Part shown: in pieces, positions 39,344 through 64,000 of the stretch
Numbering within the stretch: the stretch's first letter is position 1
How the letters are laid out: each line of letters starts with the position of its first letter
Assembly (NCBI RefSeq): GCF_009914755.1
Contig: NC_060933.1
Origin: the human T2T-CHM13v2.0 reference genome, Homo sapiens
Reading direction: 5' to 3' (one strand)
Length of the DNA stretch: 64,000 bases
Translations under genes and position numbers: made by a program
The notes under the pieces: generated by a model
Told to the model about the DNA's origin: nothing
What the model saw: only the letters and a program-made list of their open reading frames with translations
Databases searched by the model: none

Positions 39344-42300
39344 GTGAGCCAAGCCCTAGCCTGGGAGTGCTGGGGTGGGGGGACCGGGAGCCCTCAGCAC
39401 CTCCTAGAGGCGGCCCTCAGCACCTGTCGGGGACTCCCTGGGGGCTCCTGCTGAGGGTCCTGCCCCGGCCACATGTTCCCATCATTCTTGGGTCCTGCTC
39501 TGGGACTCCTGGGCTGACCCCCTCTCCACCCCCGCAGCCGTAGGGTGTGTGCTGTCCGGGCTCACGGGGACCCTGTCTCCGAGTCGTTCGTGCAGCGTGT
39601 GTACCAGCCCTTCCTCACCACCTGCGACGGGCACCGGGCCTGCAGCACCTACCGGTGAGTGCCCCACCACACCGAGCTCACCCAGCCCCAGCCTCCCAAG
39701 TCGGCCACACATCAGCATGTCAGGGGCGAGGCGGGGGTGAATCCTGGGACCCAAGATGGGAAACTGAGGCCAGAGCCATGAGAGGGCTGCCTGAGATGGG
39801 CGACCCAGGGCGGCCGGAGCCAAGGGGTTCCACGATCACCTCCAGTGTCCTAATCCTTGCTCTTGCCCCGACACGTCTCAAAGGACCGCACCTCTAAGAG
39901 CATCCCCATGTTTAGAGGGGTCACCCATCCTGTCTGCACCCCTCCACTTCCGGGGGACTAACCCCTCCCTACCCTGGCATCCCTGGCTGCAAGTTCCCAT
40001 ATACACAGAATGGTGCCTGACTCCCCTGGTCCCACTCCACTGGGCACCCCCCTCCACATGACGGCCCCCAGTGGGCACAGATGAGACCCTGAAATGTCCT
40101 GTATGCCCACACAAGGGGCACACACCCCTAAGTCTCAGAGTCCTCCTTCCTGGGTGTGGGAGCTCCACCCCCTGCTGGGGGAGGGGCCTGGGAATTCAGA
40201 CTTCTGGAGGTTTAAGAAGGGCTCCGATGCCCAGGGCCCACACTCTGCCGTGACTCGCCGTAGGCCGGGCACACCCTCTCCTCTGGGCCTGGATGCCCCC
40301 ACAGTAGGAGACCAGATAGGTGGGGGCACACACAGGCCTGGCCACTGCCTCTGCTCCATGCGGAGTGTGGCTGGGCCTTCCTGCTGTGGCTTGAGTCCCG
40401 GCCAGCACCGGAAGGCCCAGGCAGGGAAACGGCTGTGCAGTGACCCCTCAGTGCCATCCCTTGAGGAGAAGACCCTTGGGGGCATGCTGGGGTGACCCTG
40501 TGCACTCTGAGAGGGGACTCTAGATGCCCAGCAGGTGACTAAGGGGGAGTAGGATGCCCCTCTGAGCTGTCCCACCCACCCCACAGAACCATCTATAGGA
40601 CCGCCTACCGCCGCAGCCCTGGGCTGGCCCCTGCCAGGCCTCGCTACGCGTGCTGCCCCGGCTGGAAGAGGACCAGCGGGCTTCCTGGGGCCTGTGGAGC
40701 AGGTGAGGGCTATGTCCCTCGGCGCCCGGTGTTAGGAGGGCGACTGTTCCCCAATCTTCCAGCAACGCTCCTGCTGCTTTTCTTGAACCCCGAGCAAAGC
40801 ACCACCTTGCCGCAGAGCACCCACTCCCTAGCAGCTGCCCCCACAGGGTGCTGGGGACCCAACTGAGCTGGTGACCAGCCTCCCCCGCCCACAGCAATAT
40901 GCCAGCCGCCATGCCGGAACGGAGGGAGCTGTGTCCAGCCTGGCCGCTGCCGCTGCCCTGCAGGATGGCGGGGTGACACTTGCCAGTCAGGTGAGGCTGG
41001 CTGTACCCTGGGGGGCCCTGGAAGGGTCCTGGGCACCTCCTTGCATGTCCTGGGGTTACTGCTGGCCCATGAGTGGGTGGTTGTGAAGGGAGCTGTGTGG
41101 GCAGGACCCCTCCCGCAGGCATGGCCGCCTGACACCCCGTTTCCTGCAGATGTGGATGAATGCAGTGCTAGGAGGGGCGGCTGTCCCCAGCGCTGCGTCA
41201 ACACCGCCGGCAGTTACTGGTGCCAGTGTTGGGAGGGGCACAGCCTGTCTGCAGACGGTACACTCTGTGTGCCCAAGGGAGGGCCCCCCAGGGTGGCCCC
41301 CAACCCGACAGGTAAACAGCCCTGGCTGTGCCTGGCCTGGGGAGGCGGGCAGGCAGTGGACATTGCCGTGTGGCTGTTAGGCATGGTGGGGGGCACTGGA
41401 ATCTGGGCGGAAGGCGGTGGGGACTCCCTCTCCAGGGAGGGAGGATGGGGAGGGAGGATAGGTGGGTTCCCGAGAACTGGGGGCAGGTTGCCCGGAGCCT
41501 CATATCAGCCAAGAAGGCAGAAGTGCCCCGTCCCGGGGTCCTGTCTGCATCCAGCGCAGCATTCTGGAAGACGCCACGCCTCCGCTGGCGACGGGACATT
41601 ATTACTTTTGGTACGCGCTGTGACACTTCAAACTCGTACCGTGAGTAATAATGCGCCGTCCACGGCACCGCATCGAAAGCGCCGCTGAGACCTCAGCCTT
41701 GACCTCCCTCAGCGTGGCCGGGACCCTGAGCCTCTGCGCAGAGCCACCCGCCCCGACGTACTTAGGCGGCATAGCCCTGAGACCTCTGGCCAGCGCCAGG
41801 CAGGCAGCGGGGGCGGCAGAGGCCTGGGCCTGAGTCTTCTGGCTCTGCCTCTCCCTGGGGACAGGAGGGAGCCTGGGGGTGTGGGTGGGGAGCCGGCCGG
41901 CCGTGACCCAGCGCCTGGCTCTGCCCGCAGGAGTGGACAGTGCAATGAAGGAAGAAGTGCAGAGGCTGCAGTCCAGGGTGGACCTGCTGGAGGAGGTGAG
42001 GCATTGGTGGGGGGGCGGGGGGCAGGCAGTCCAGGGTGGACCTGCTGGAGGAGGTGAGGTGTGGAGGGGCAGGCAGTCCAGGGTGAACCTGCTGGAGGAG
42101 GTGAGGCATCGGGGGGGTAGGCAGGCAGTCCAGGGTGGACCTGCTGGAGGAGGTGAGGCGTCGGGGGGGCAGGCAGTCCAGGGTGGACCTGCTGGAGGAG
42201 GTGAGGCGTCGGGGGGGCAGGCAGTCCAGGGTGGACCTGCTGGAGGAGATGAGGCGTCGGGGGGGGAGGCAGGCAGTCCAGGGTGGACCTGCTGGAGGAG

Positions 42301-43266
42301 GTGAGGCGTCGGCAGGGGGCAGGTCTTCACAACAGCAGAGGCCCAGGCCCGGGTACAGGCTCCGTAGTCTCCTGGGACATGGTCCCGACCCACGGATGGC
42401 TGGGGGTGGTCTGAAAAGGTCCTGGCCCTGGGGAGGTGGCTTCCTCGCTGCTGACTGCCGAGGGGGCCCTGGCCTGGATCCATGCTGGGCAGAAGCAGCT
42501 GGACACTGACCAGGACCCCCCAGGGCCGGAGGAACCAAGCTTGACAGCCCCCCAGACAATACACAGAGCCTGGACCCAGACGAGACCTCCCCACCCCCCC
42601 ATCTTTGTCCCCACCAGGACAAAGAGCTCTTGCCAGTCTTCCCACTGGCCAGTGGTCCAGCTGTCCCCCTAGTTCTCCTGCCAGGGACCCCAAGGCTGGG
42701 ACCACCCCGCCAGCCTGATGCCCCAGGCACCCACTCTGCGGCAAGCTTTTCTGCCACGGCAGCCCCCTCTAGTGGACACTTGGAGCCCTGCCGCGGAGGC
42801 GGGGGCTGGAGGCTTGTGGAGCCCTTCCCAGGGGTCCTCCCTAGACCCCGGTGGAGCAGAGAGGGCGGGGGCCGGCCCAGGGTCACTGCCCTTCTGCACC
42901 CACAGAAGCTGCAGCTGGTGCTGGCCCCACTGCACAGCCTGGCCTCGCAGGCACTGGAGCATGGGCTCCCGGACCCCGGCAGCCTCCTGGTGCACTCCTT
43001 CCAGCAGCTCGGCCGCATCGACTCCCTGAGCGAGCAGATTTCCTTCCTGGAGGAGCAGCTGGGGTCCTGTGAGTGCCCCCACCCTCCAGAGCCCTCCTCC
43101 CGGGTCTGGGCCCAGTGGGCCTAGAGGGGCTACCCAGGCTTGGGGGTCGGGGGCGACCAAAGGCCAAGGGGCCAGTCAGATCTAGCTGGGCGGGGAGGCT
43201 GTGGGGAGCAGTGATCTCTGACCTTCGCCTCATCCAACCCTAGGCTCCTGCAAGAAAGACTCGTGA
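39264..43266 (+). CDS. EGFL7: EGF-like domain multiple 7 (VE-statin), spliced CDS join(39264..39343,39538..39654,40587..40702,40895..40990,41150..41311,41931..41995,42906..43068,43244..43266), 822 nt = 273 aa
   Basis: Exons join at GT-AG sites into one frame MRGSQEVLLMWLLVLAVGGTEHAYRPG...CSCKKDS*: signal peptide, EMI domain, EGF, Ca-binding EGF and C-terminal coiled coil. Exon lengths 80+117+116+96+162+65+163+23 = 822. Confidence 0.98.
39538..39654 (+). CDS. EGFL7: EGFL7 coding exon 2 (EMI domain, N-terminal part)
   Basis: cgcag|CCGTAGG...TACCG|gtgagt; RRVCAVRAHGDPVSESFVQRVYQPFLTTCDGHRACSTY. Confidence 0.96.
40587..40702 (+). CDS. EGFL7: EGFL7 coding exon 3 (EMI domain, C-terminal part)
   Basis: cacag|AACC...GGAGCAG|gtgag; TIYRTAYRRSPGLAPARPRYACCPGWKRTSGLPGACGA. 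Confidence 0.96.
40895..40990 (+). CDS. EGFL7: EGFL7 coding exon 4 (EGF-like domain 1, contains RGD)
   Basis: acag|CAATATGC...CAGTCAG|gtgag; ICQPPCRNGGSCVQPGRCRCPAGWRGDTCQS. Confidence 0.96.
41150..41311 (+). CDS. EGFL7: EGFL7 coding exon 5 (calcium-binding EGF domain)
   Basis: ctgcag|ATGTGGATGAATGC...CCGACAG|gtaaac; DVDECSARRGGCPQRCVNTAGSYWCQC. Confidence 0.96.
41583..41667 (+). ncRNA. MIR126: pre-miR-126 hairpin (5p 41597-41617 CATTATTACTTTTGGTACGCG; 3p 41634-41655 TCGTACCGTGAGTAATAATGCG), intronic in EGFL7
   Basis: Exact recognised mature sequences; the arms are complementary; apical UGUG at 41619 and CNNC (CATC) 16 nt after the 3p end. Confidence 0.98.
41931..41995 (+). CDS. EGFL7: EGFL7 coding exon 6 (start of coiled coil)
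   Basis: cgcag|GAGTGGAC...GAGGAG|gtgag; VDSAMKEEVQRLQSRVDLLEE. Confidence 0.95.
41968..42310 (+). repeat. 47-58-bp G-rich tandem repeat built from the EGFL7 exon 3' end plus splice donor (original plus 6 copies)
   Basis: Unit core GCAGTCCAGGGTGGACCTGCTGGAGGAG|GTGAGG; exon-like ends at 41995, 42053, 42100, 42152, 42200, 42248 (GT>AT), 42300. Confidence 0.95.
42906..43068 (+). CDS. EGFL7: EGFL7 coding exon 7
   Basis: cacag|AAGCTGCAG...GGGTCCT|gtgagt; KLQLVLAPLHSLASQALEHGLPDPGSLLVHSFQQLGRIDSLSEQISFLEEQLGS. Confidence 0.96.
43244..43266 (+). CDS. EGFL7: EGFL7 last coding exon; 3' UTR continues to about 43660
   Basis: cctag|GCTCCTGCAAGAAAGACTCGTGA; (C)SCKKDS*. Confidence 0.95.
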
Positions 43267-43640
43267 CTGCCCAGCGCCCCAGGCTGGACTGAGCCCCTCA
43301 CGCCGCCCTGCAGCCCCCATGCCCCTGCCCAACATGCTGGGGGTCCAGAAGCCACCTCGGGGTGACTGAGCGGAAGGCCAGGCAGGGCCTTCCTCCTCTT
43401 CCTCCTCCCCTTCCTCGGGAGGCTCCCCAGACCCTGGCATGGGATGGGCTGGGATCTTCTCTGTGAATCCACCCCTGGCTACCCCCACCCTGGCTACCCC
43501 AACGGCATCCCAAGGCCAGGTGGGCCCTCAGCTGAGGGAAGGTACGAGCTCCCTGCTGGAGCCTGGGACCCATGGCACAGGCCAGGCAGCCCGGAGGCTG
43601 GGTGGGGCCTCAGTGGGGGCTGCTGCCTGACCCCCAGCAC

Positions 43641-43646
43641 AATAAA
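43641..43646 (+). terminator. EGFL7: EGFL7 polyadenylation signal AATAAA
   Basis: cagcacAATAAAaatg, followed by a GT-rich element (gctgtgtcagtgg). Confidence 0.85.
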
Positions 43647-44140
43647 AATGAAACGTGAGCTGCTGTGTCAGTGGATGGACTGGGGGCCTGGGAGGAGGGC
43701 GCTCACCTCCTGGCCACCCCTCCCAGACCCACTGCTGGGTGCCAGCTGGCAAAGGGGGCCTGGTGGAGCGGGCAGTCGTGGGGTGGGGAGGGGGTCCAAG
43801 GCAGAGGGGGTGGGCAGGTGGTTTCTGTGAGGCCACAGAGAGCTTTGTCCTGGGGACATGTTGGCCCCAACCAGAGGCCAAAGAGCAAATCTCTGGCCTC
43901 CTTCCCAGTAGCCTGAGGATCCCGGCACACTTGCCCGTTAGGCGACACCCCCACCCATCGATGGAAGTAGTATAGGGTGATGTGGGTCCACTCCTGGATA
44001 GGGAACACGGGTGGGTGGCGGTGCCTGCACCCTGGGCCTCTAGGCAGGGCAGCTGGGAAGACACAGCGTCGCCTCCACCGCCCTGGTCACCTGCCCGCCC
44101 TGTGAGTGACCACAGCTCCCCAGCCACTTCCAAGAGTGTG

Positions 44141-44146
44141 TTTATA
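44141..44146 (-). terminator. AGPAT2: Candidate non-canonical AGPAT2 polyadenylation signal (TATAAA)
   Basis: Minus strand reads gtttttttTATAAAcac; I found no AATAAA in this UTR; GT-rich sequence follows on the minus strand. Confidence 0.55.
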
Positions 44147-44731
44147 AAAAAACAGCAACGGAGTACAGTGCTGACCCCACAGAGTCTTCCAGGCCAGCAG
44201 GAGCAGCAGGCCCCGATTCCCGGCTCCCTGTGGCCCAGGGTGCGTGAGTCTGGGACTCCTGGCCCTCCAGGCCCCTCCTCTCCCAGAGACCCTGATGCAG
44301 CTTGTGGGCTGGACCCTGGAGCCCAGCTGCACCCTGGTGGGTCCCAGGCGGCTGAGCAGAGGGCTCGGACAGTGTGCGTCTGGCCTCGGGGTCCTCCCAT
44401 CTGCTCCTGGGCCATCGGGGGCCTTGTGGCTCAGCCCACCAGCGGGCCACAGCCGCAAGCCTCATCTTTATCATCCCAGCTCCCAGAGGTGCCGTGGGCG
44501 CGAGTCCCTGCCCTCGAGCCCGGGGAGGGTCCAGCTGAGCCCCCTGCAGGGGACACCAGGGGCCTGTGTCTGAGACCAGTGACAGAAGGGGCTTCCTGCT
44601 TCCCGGGCTGAGTGAGAGCTGGGGGAGCCGGACAGAGTGGTATTTGGAAGCCGGGAGGAGTCCCCTCTGCCCATCCTCCAGCCATCGGCTTCCACCTGCC
44701 CTCCCCAGGTCATGCCCTGCCGTGGTCTGGG

Positions 44732-59350
<14,619 letters not shown>

Positions 59351-60884
59351 GCAGGGCAAGGTGCAGCTGGGACAAGGGCAGCAGTCACCTGGCCCGGCCC
59401 CCACCCGGCGTCCCACCTCAGGGAGCAGATGGAGATTGAAAAGCAGTTTCCTGGGGTCCCTCCTCATAGGGACTCTTGGGTTTGCTGCAGTTGCGGGAGT
59501 GCTGGCCGCCCTGCGCTCTAACGGGTCAGCAGGGGAGCACGGCCCCTCTTTTTTCAGATGCAGAGTTGAGCTGTTAAAACATTTCCCTGAACATTGTAAC
59601 CACCCCCCAAACTGTACTGAGAGAATGACAAATACAGAAACTGCTCTTCAAATGAATGGGGAACTGCGGTCCTGAAGGACGTGGGGTCTCGCTGCCTGGG
59701 CTCAGCAGCCCCTGCCCAGGCGGTCCCAGCTTTTCTTGAAAGTGGAGACACATCCTTTTGCCTTAGGCCTGTAGGCATCTTACAGCGAAACCCAGGAGAG
59801 CATTTTCCAGCCCAGTCTCCTTCCAGATCCATATGGGCTTCATCTGGAATCAGCTTGGAGGGCCTGGCTTGACCTCTTTCCACGCTTAGAGCCGGAACTG
59901 CACACCCCGCAGCCGGGAGGTCTGAGAGCTGCACTGCTGGGCCTCTGAGAGGCTGAGAGGTGGCTGCTGATGGCTGCGGGGTTTTCATCTTCCAGGGCAG
60001 ATGAGGTGGGTGCACCCTGCAGACAGGAGTGCCGCTGCCGGGAGCTGGGGGATGCGGGGGTGTGGGCTGGGGTCCCAGGTGGACTTCCTGGAGGAGTGGG
60101 GCTTCACAGCACCTTCAGCTGGAGGCTCTGTGCACCCAGGTCCCGAGCAGGTTGTACCCTGGCTGTGGAATCCAGTCCTCACAACCATCAGGCCTGTCCA
60201 GGGGCTTTACGTGCCAGCCCCCTTCTTGTCCTTTACCTCCCAGCCCACCGACCTTTCCAGGGTGGCCACCATCTTCCTGCACCCCTAGGTGACTGTGTGT
60301 GTGTTGGACACCTCTCCCTCCTCTCCTCCCCCCGGAATGGAGCCCGTGGGGCCTCATCTGTTTTGTGCACCATGTGCGACCAGCACTCAGGCCAATGTCT
60401 GGCACATAGCAGGTGCTCAGCACACACTTTCCATAGTAGCAAAGGCATCCCCATTTTACAGAGGGAAAACTGAGGCTCTCAAGGGTGAACACCAGACAGC
60501 CGGGACGTGACAGAGGAAAAGAGGCTGACTCTGAGCCGGAAGACTCCTGCCAGGGCTGGCAGGAACAGTGCCAGGGCAGCACACGGTGACCCTGTTGCCT
60601 CCCCAGACAAGGTGGGGTTTTGCCCACTGCTCTCCTGAAGAGGGTGAGACCTAATTTCACCTCCTCCCTCTTCTCTGCACCTTGCAGAAGTGTTGAGAGA
60701 AACGTCCACTTTTCCTCCGACAAGATCCAAGAGGAGGCGGGCCAGGGACTTGGGGAGTGATGAGGAAGTACTGTGTATTTTAATATAATGCCACATTTGG
60801 GAAGCTAACACATTATTTGTTTCTAGAAGTAAAGCTCCAGAGAATCTTATGGGCTGGCAGAGATGCCAAGAAAAGAGATTTTCT

Positions 60885-61184
60885 TCTTCTTTTTTTTTTT
60901 TTGAGACGGAGTCTCGCTCTGTCACCCAGGCTGGAGTGCAGTGGCGTGATCTCGGCTCACTGCAAGCTCTGCCCCCTGGGTTCAAGAGATTCTCCTACCT
61001 CAACCTCTTGAGTAGCTGGGATTACAGGCGCCCGACACCACACCCGGCTAATTTTTGTATTTTTAATAGAGACAGGGTTTTGTCATGTTGGCCAGGCTGG
61101 TCTCAAACTCTTGACCTCAAGTGATCTGCCCGCTTCGGCCTCCCGAAGTGCTGGGATTACAGATGTGAGCCACCGCGCCCAGCC
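60885..61184 (-). mobile_element. Alu with TSD AAAAGAGATTTTCT
   Basis: Antisense Alu; TSD flanks both ends. Confidence 0.9.
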
Positions 61185-64000
61185 TAGAAAAGAGATTTTC
61201 TCTAAAATGAGTGCTTCTCACCCAGGGAGGGCTGGCATGGGCTCTGCTGGGTTTATCCCAAGAGTGTGGTGAGGGACTGGGAGCCTGGTTCTGTTGTGTA
61301 GGGATGGCCAGCGCCCTGTCTGACCCTTGAGATGCCCTCAGCTACCAGGGGCAGGGAGTGCTGGGCCGGTGGTGGCCGTGCGGCTGTACCCACCCAAGGA
61401 CAGCTGAGAGTCCTCCTGGGCATTTGCTGGGACCCGGCCAGACAGCGCATGACACCAGGTGACAGTGAGAGCTGAGTTGGCACCGGCTGCTGAGGCCCGG
61501 GGAGCCCACACAGCTCAGGGAGCGAGTGAGGACGGAAGGACCAGCCAAGCCTCTCCAATTCCAGGAAGCAGAGATGAAGCCAGTGCTGTGTGGCCCAGGA
61601 AGGACTGGCAGGGGCAGGGCAGCCGGGCTTTGAAGACCAGTCCATCTGGCTTTAAACCTAAACCCTGAGTTAGCCAAGGCACCAGAGCCTCGGTTTCCTC
61701 ATCTGTAAAGTGGAGACGCGACGCTCGCCGTGCCCAGTGTGTGACAGGAGGCAGCTGCCGGGCTGGCGGGGCACATGGGCCTGACTAGGCCTCTCCCCAA
61801 AGACCTGCCCCGGAGAGACACCAGGACAAGAGCCAGGGAAGGGGAGAGCTTCTCGGCAGCTGGAGACACGGGGACGTGTGGCCAGGGGGCAGCCACGGCA
61901 CAGCTGGGCCTCGGGCTGGACCCTTCAGGGGCTCCTTCCTTCCAGGGAGGACATCAAAGCCTGGCTTGGGGGCTGGACGGGGAGGCCAGGCTATGCCGGG
62001 ACCTCAGCCTGCACAGAGTGGCTAAGGTCCAAGCCGGGCATGCCTGGGGCTCTCGGGCAGAGCGTACCCTGGCCGACGGGTTGTCCGGCCTTCTGGTGGG
62101 TGTGCTGGGCGCAATGCCATTCCCACCACCTGTAAATAAAGCAGCCTGTGAATCTTTCATGGGTTTGTGCTTAAAAATAGATGAGGTGAGCCCTCTGGGC
62201 TGGCTGCCCAGACCTCTGCAGCAGGCGGGGCGGTCCACACTCTCCCTAGGGAGTCAGGGAGGGCGGGTGAGGGCTCCAAGGGGCGCTGGCCAGGGCACGT
62301 GGGACCTTGGGACATATGGCCCCAGATGTAGGAGCCAACAGGAGGTCACGCCTTTGGATGTCCCATCCGGAGCTCTTAGGTCACAGGCTGGGGTGGGAGT
62401 GAGGGGCAGAGCACACCCCACAGGGTCCTTCTCCTGCCAGGATGATGTCTGGGCTGGGAGACAGAGGACACAGGTGGATGGAGAGGACAGGGGCGGGGAG
62501 GCATCAGGAGACAGAAGGGAGGAGACGGCCCAGGGAGGAGGGGCCCACACTGCAGTAGCCCTTCCCTGCCCAGAGCAGCTGTGCCCTATGCACGGCCTCT
62601 CGCACCCAGCACACCTGTGTCTAAGTGGAGCCTCTGAGGAGCAGGGAGCCCGGGCAAGTCGGGCTCCGTGGCAGGAAGTACCAGAGCAGACGCAGAGCTC
62701 CGGCCTCTGACGCAGCCATGGCTGGAGCTCACACAGGACCACGGAGGCCCAGAGGGTGCCTGGGTCCCAGTCCGAGAGGGGTGTGGTGTGGGGCTGAAGA
62801 GCCCAGGGTCAGGGTCAGGCAGCCCGACCCAGCGAGGAGACCCTGGGTGACCTTGGATCAGCCCTGCCTCTCTAGGCCTCAGTTTCCCTTTCGTGCAGGG
62901 TGCGTGTGATGATTCAGTGGGACCGAGGCTTGGGACGGCCCAGGCCAGCCCAAGCAAGGCAGGGATGAAGGCCCAGCCCCCAGCCTCGGCCTCACCCCAT
63001 GGCTTTTTACTCACTGCTGAGGGCGGCGTCCAATCAGGCCTAGGGCCTCCAAGCCCCCTCCTCTGGTATCTCGCCTAGGGCACAGGAGGGAGGCAAGTGC
63101 CCCAGAGAATGGGCGGTTCAGGAGCCCCCTCCACTACCAAGGCTGCCCCACCCACCACAGCGGGCTCTGCTCCCTGAGCCCCTCCAAGGGCCTCCCGACT
63201 GTGGCGGGGCTTGGAGCAGCTGATCCCACTGGGGCAGAGGAGCCGAGGTCCCAACCCCAGCAAGCGGGGGCAGGGGGGCCTGGGCTGCAGTCGGCTCCTC
63301 CTTCACCCTTCCCCCAAATACCTCCAGAGCACCTATTTCCCCAGTTTCCCCACCGGCAGTGGTGTCCAGGGGCTTGGCTCTTGCAGGGTGGCCCTGGCTC
63401 TGGCCCTGCGCCCTGCCCATGATGTGGTCGGAAGGGCCTTTGGCAGCACCGGTCCAAGCCTTAGCAAACCCAACTGGGGGCTCAGAGCCGCCCCCCAATT
63501 TCGGGAGCGACTTCACCTTTCCACAGGATCATCCTCTTGGCAAGATGAGGCTGAGGCCGGGGGTTCGGGGCTCAGCATCGAAAGCCGGGGCCTGGGTGCC
63601 ACAGGCCGTGACCTCTTCCACCAAATGAGAGAAACGGCAAGACCTCCAGGAAGGGCCGTCGGAGCCCAGACGAGGCTGCAGCTTCCTTTGGTGAAGCGTC
63701 CGAGGGCCGGCTCTGGCGCCTACAGGGGCTTCCGACGCTGGGTCCTTCTCAGGCTGAGCGCCGCACTCCCACGGCCACCCGGGTGGTGCACACAGTTTCC
63801 AGGGTGTCCAGGCAGCCCCCAGTGGACCTGGTGTCCACGTCCTCCTCTGAACCATGCCAGGCCTGGGCCGTGGGCATCCGTGCTGCCGTGTGGGGCAGGG
63901 GCCTGTGTCCTGGGGCCGTGTCAGGCCTGGGCTCCTGTGGGCAGAGGCAGGCGGGCTTCCCTCCCCACCCGACCGCCCACCCGTGGGTTTGCTTCCAACA

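Noticed and set aside
42026-42300. 24-nt microexons (cag|TCCAGGGTGGACCTGCTGGAGGAG|gt) in each repeat unit
   Set aside because: No pyrimidine tract or branch point, and the inter-unit gaps are too short to be introns; alternative donor use is the plausible mechanism.
41602-43018. 380-418 aa minus-strand ORFs antisense to EGFL7
   Set aside because: GC-rich and repeat-driven open frames with no recognisable domain or promoter evidence.

Overview
Human-type (primate) genomic DNA from the EGFL7/MIR126/AGPAT2 locus (9q34.3, recognised from the protein and miRNA sequences). About 0.8-25.7 kb is repeat-dense intergenic sequence: a CA-rich tract, a 57-bp minisatellite grown inside an old L1 ORF2, L1/LTR remnants and about 30 Alus. 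About 26-37.5 kb is the nearly Alu-free EGFL7 regulatory region, with FOX:ETS/GATA/SOX motif clusters, a ~330-bp direct duplication, a unique ~212-bp ~97%-identical inverted repeat, alternative 5' exons and a CpG island. EGFL7 (+ strand, 8 coding exons, 273 aa, 39264-43266) hosts pre-miR-126 (41583-41667). AGPAT2 (- strand, 6 exons, 278 aa, 58542-44732, GC-AG first intron) lies tail-to-tail about 0.5 kb away. The most unusual signals are: (i) an intronic tandem array made of copies of an EGFL7 exon end plus its splice donor, giving five spare donors whose products are all predicted to escape NMD; (ii) a perfect-Kozak upstream ORF that, after splicing, overlaps the EGFL7 start out of frame; (iii) the long non-transposon inverted repeat upstream of EGFL7. 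Most ORF-track entries are spurious GC-rich, Alu or tandem-repeat frames.
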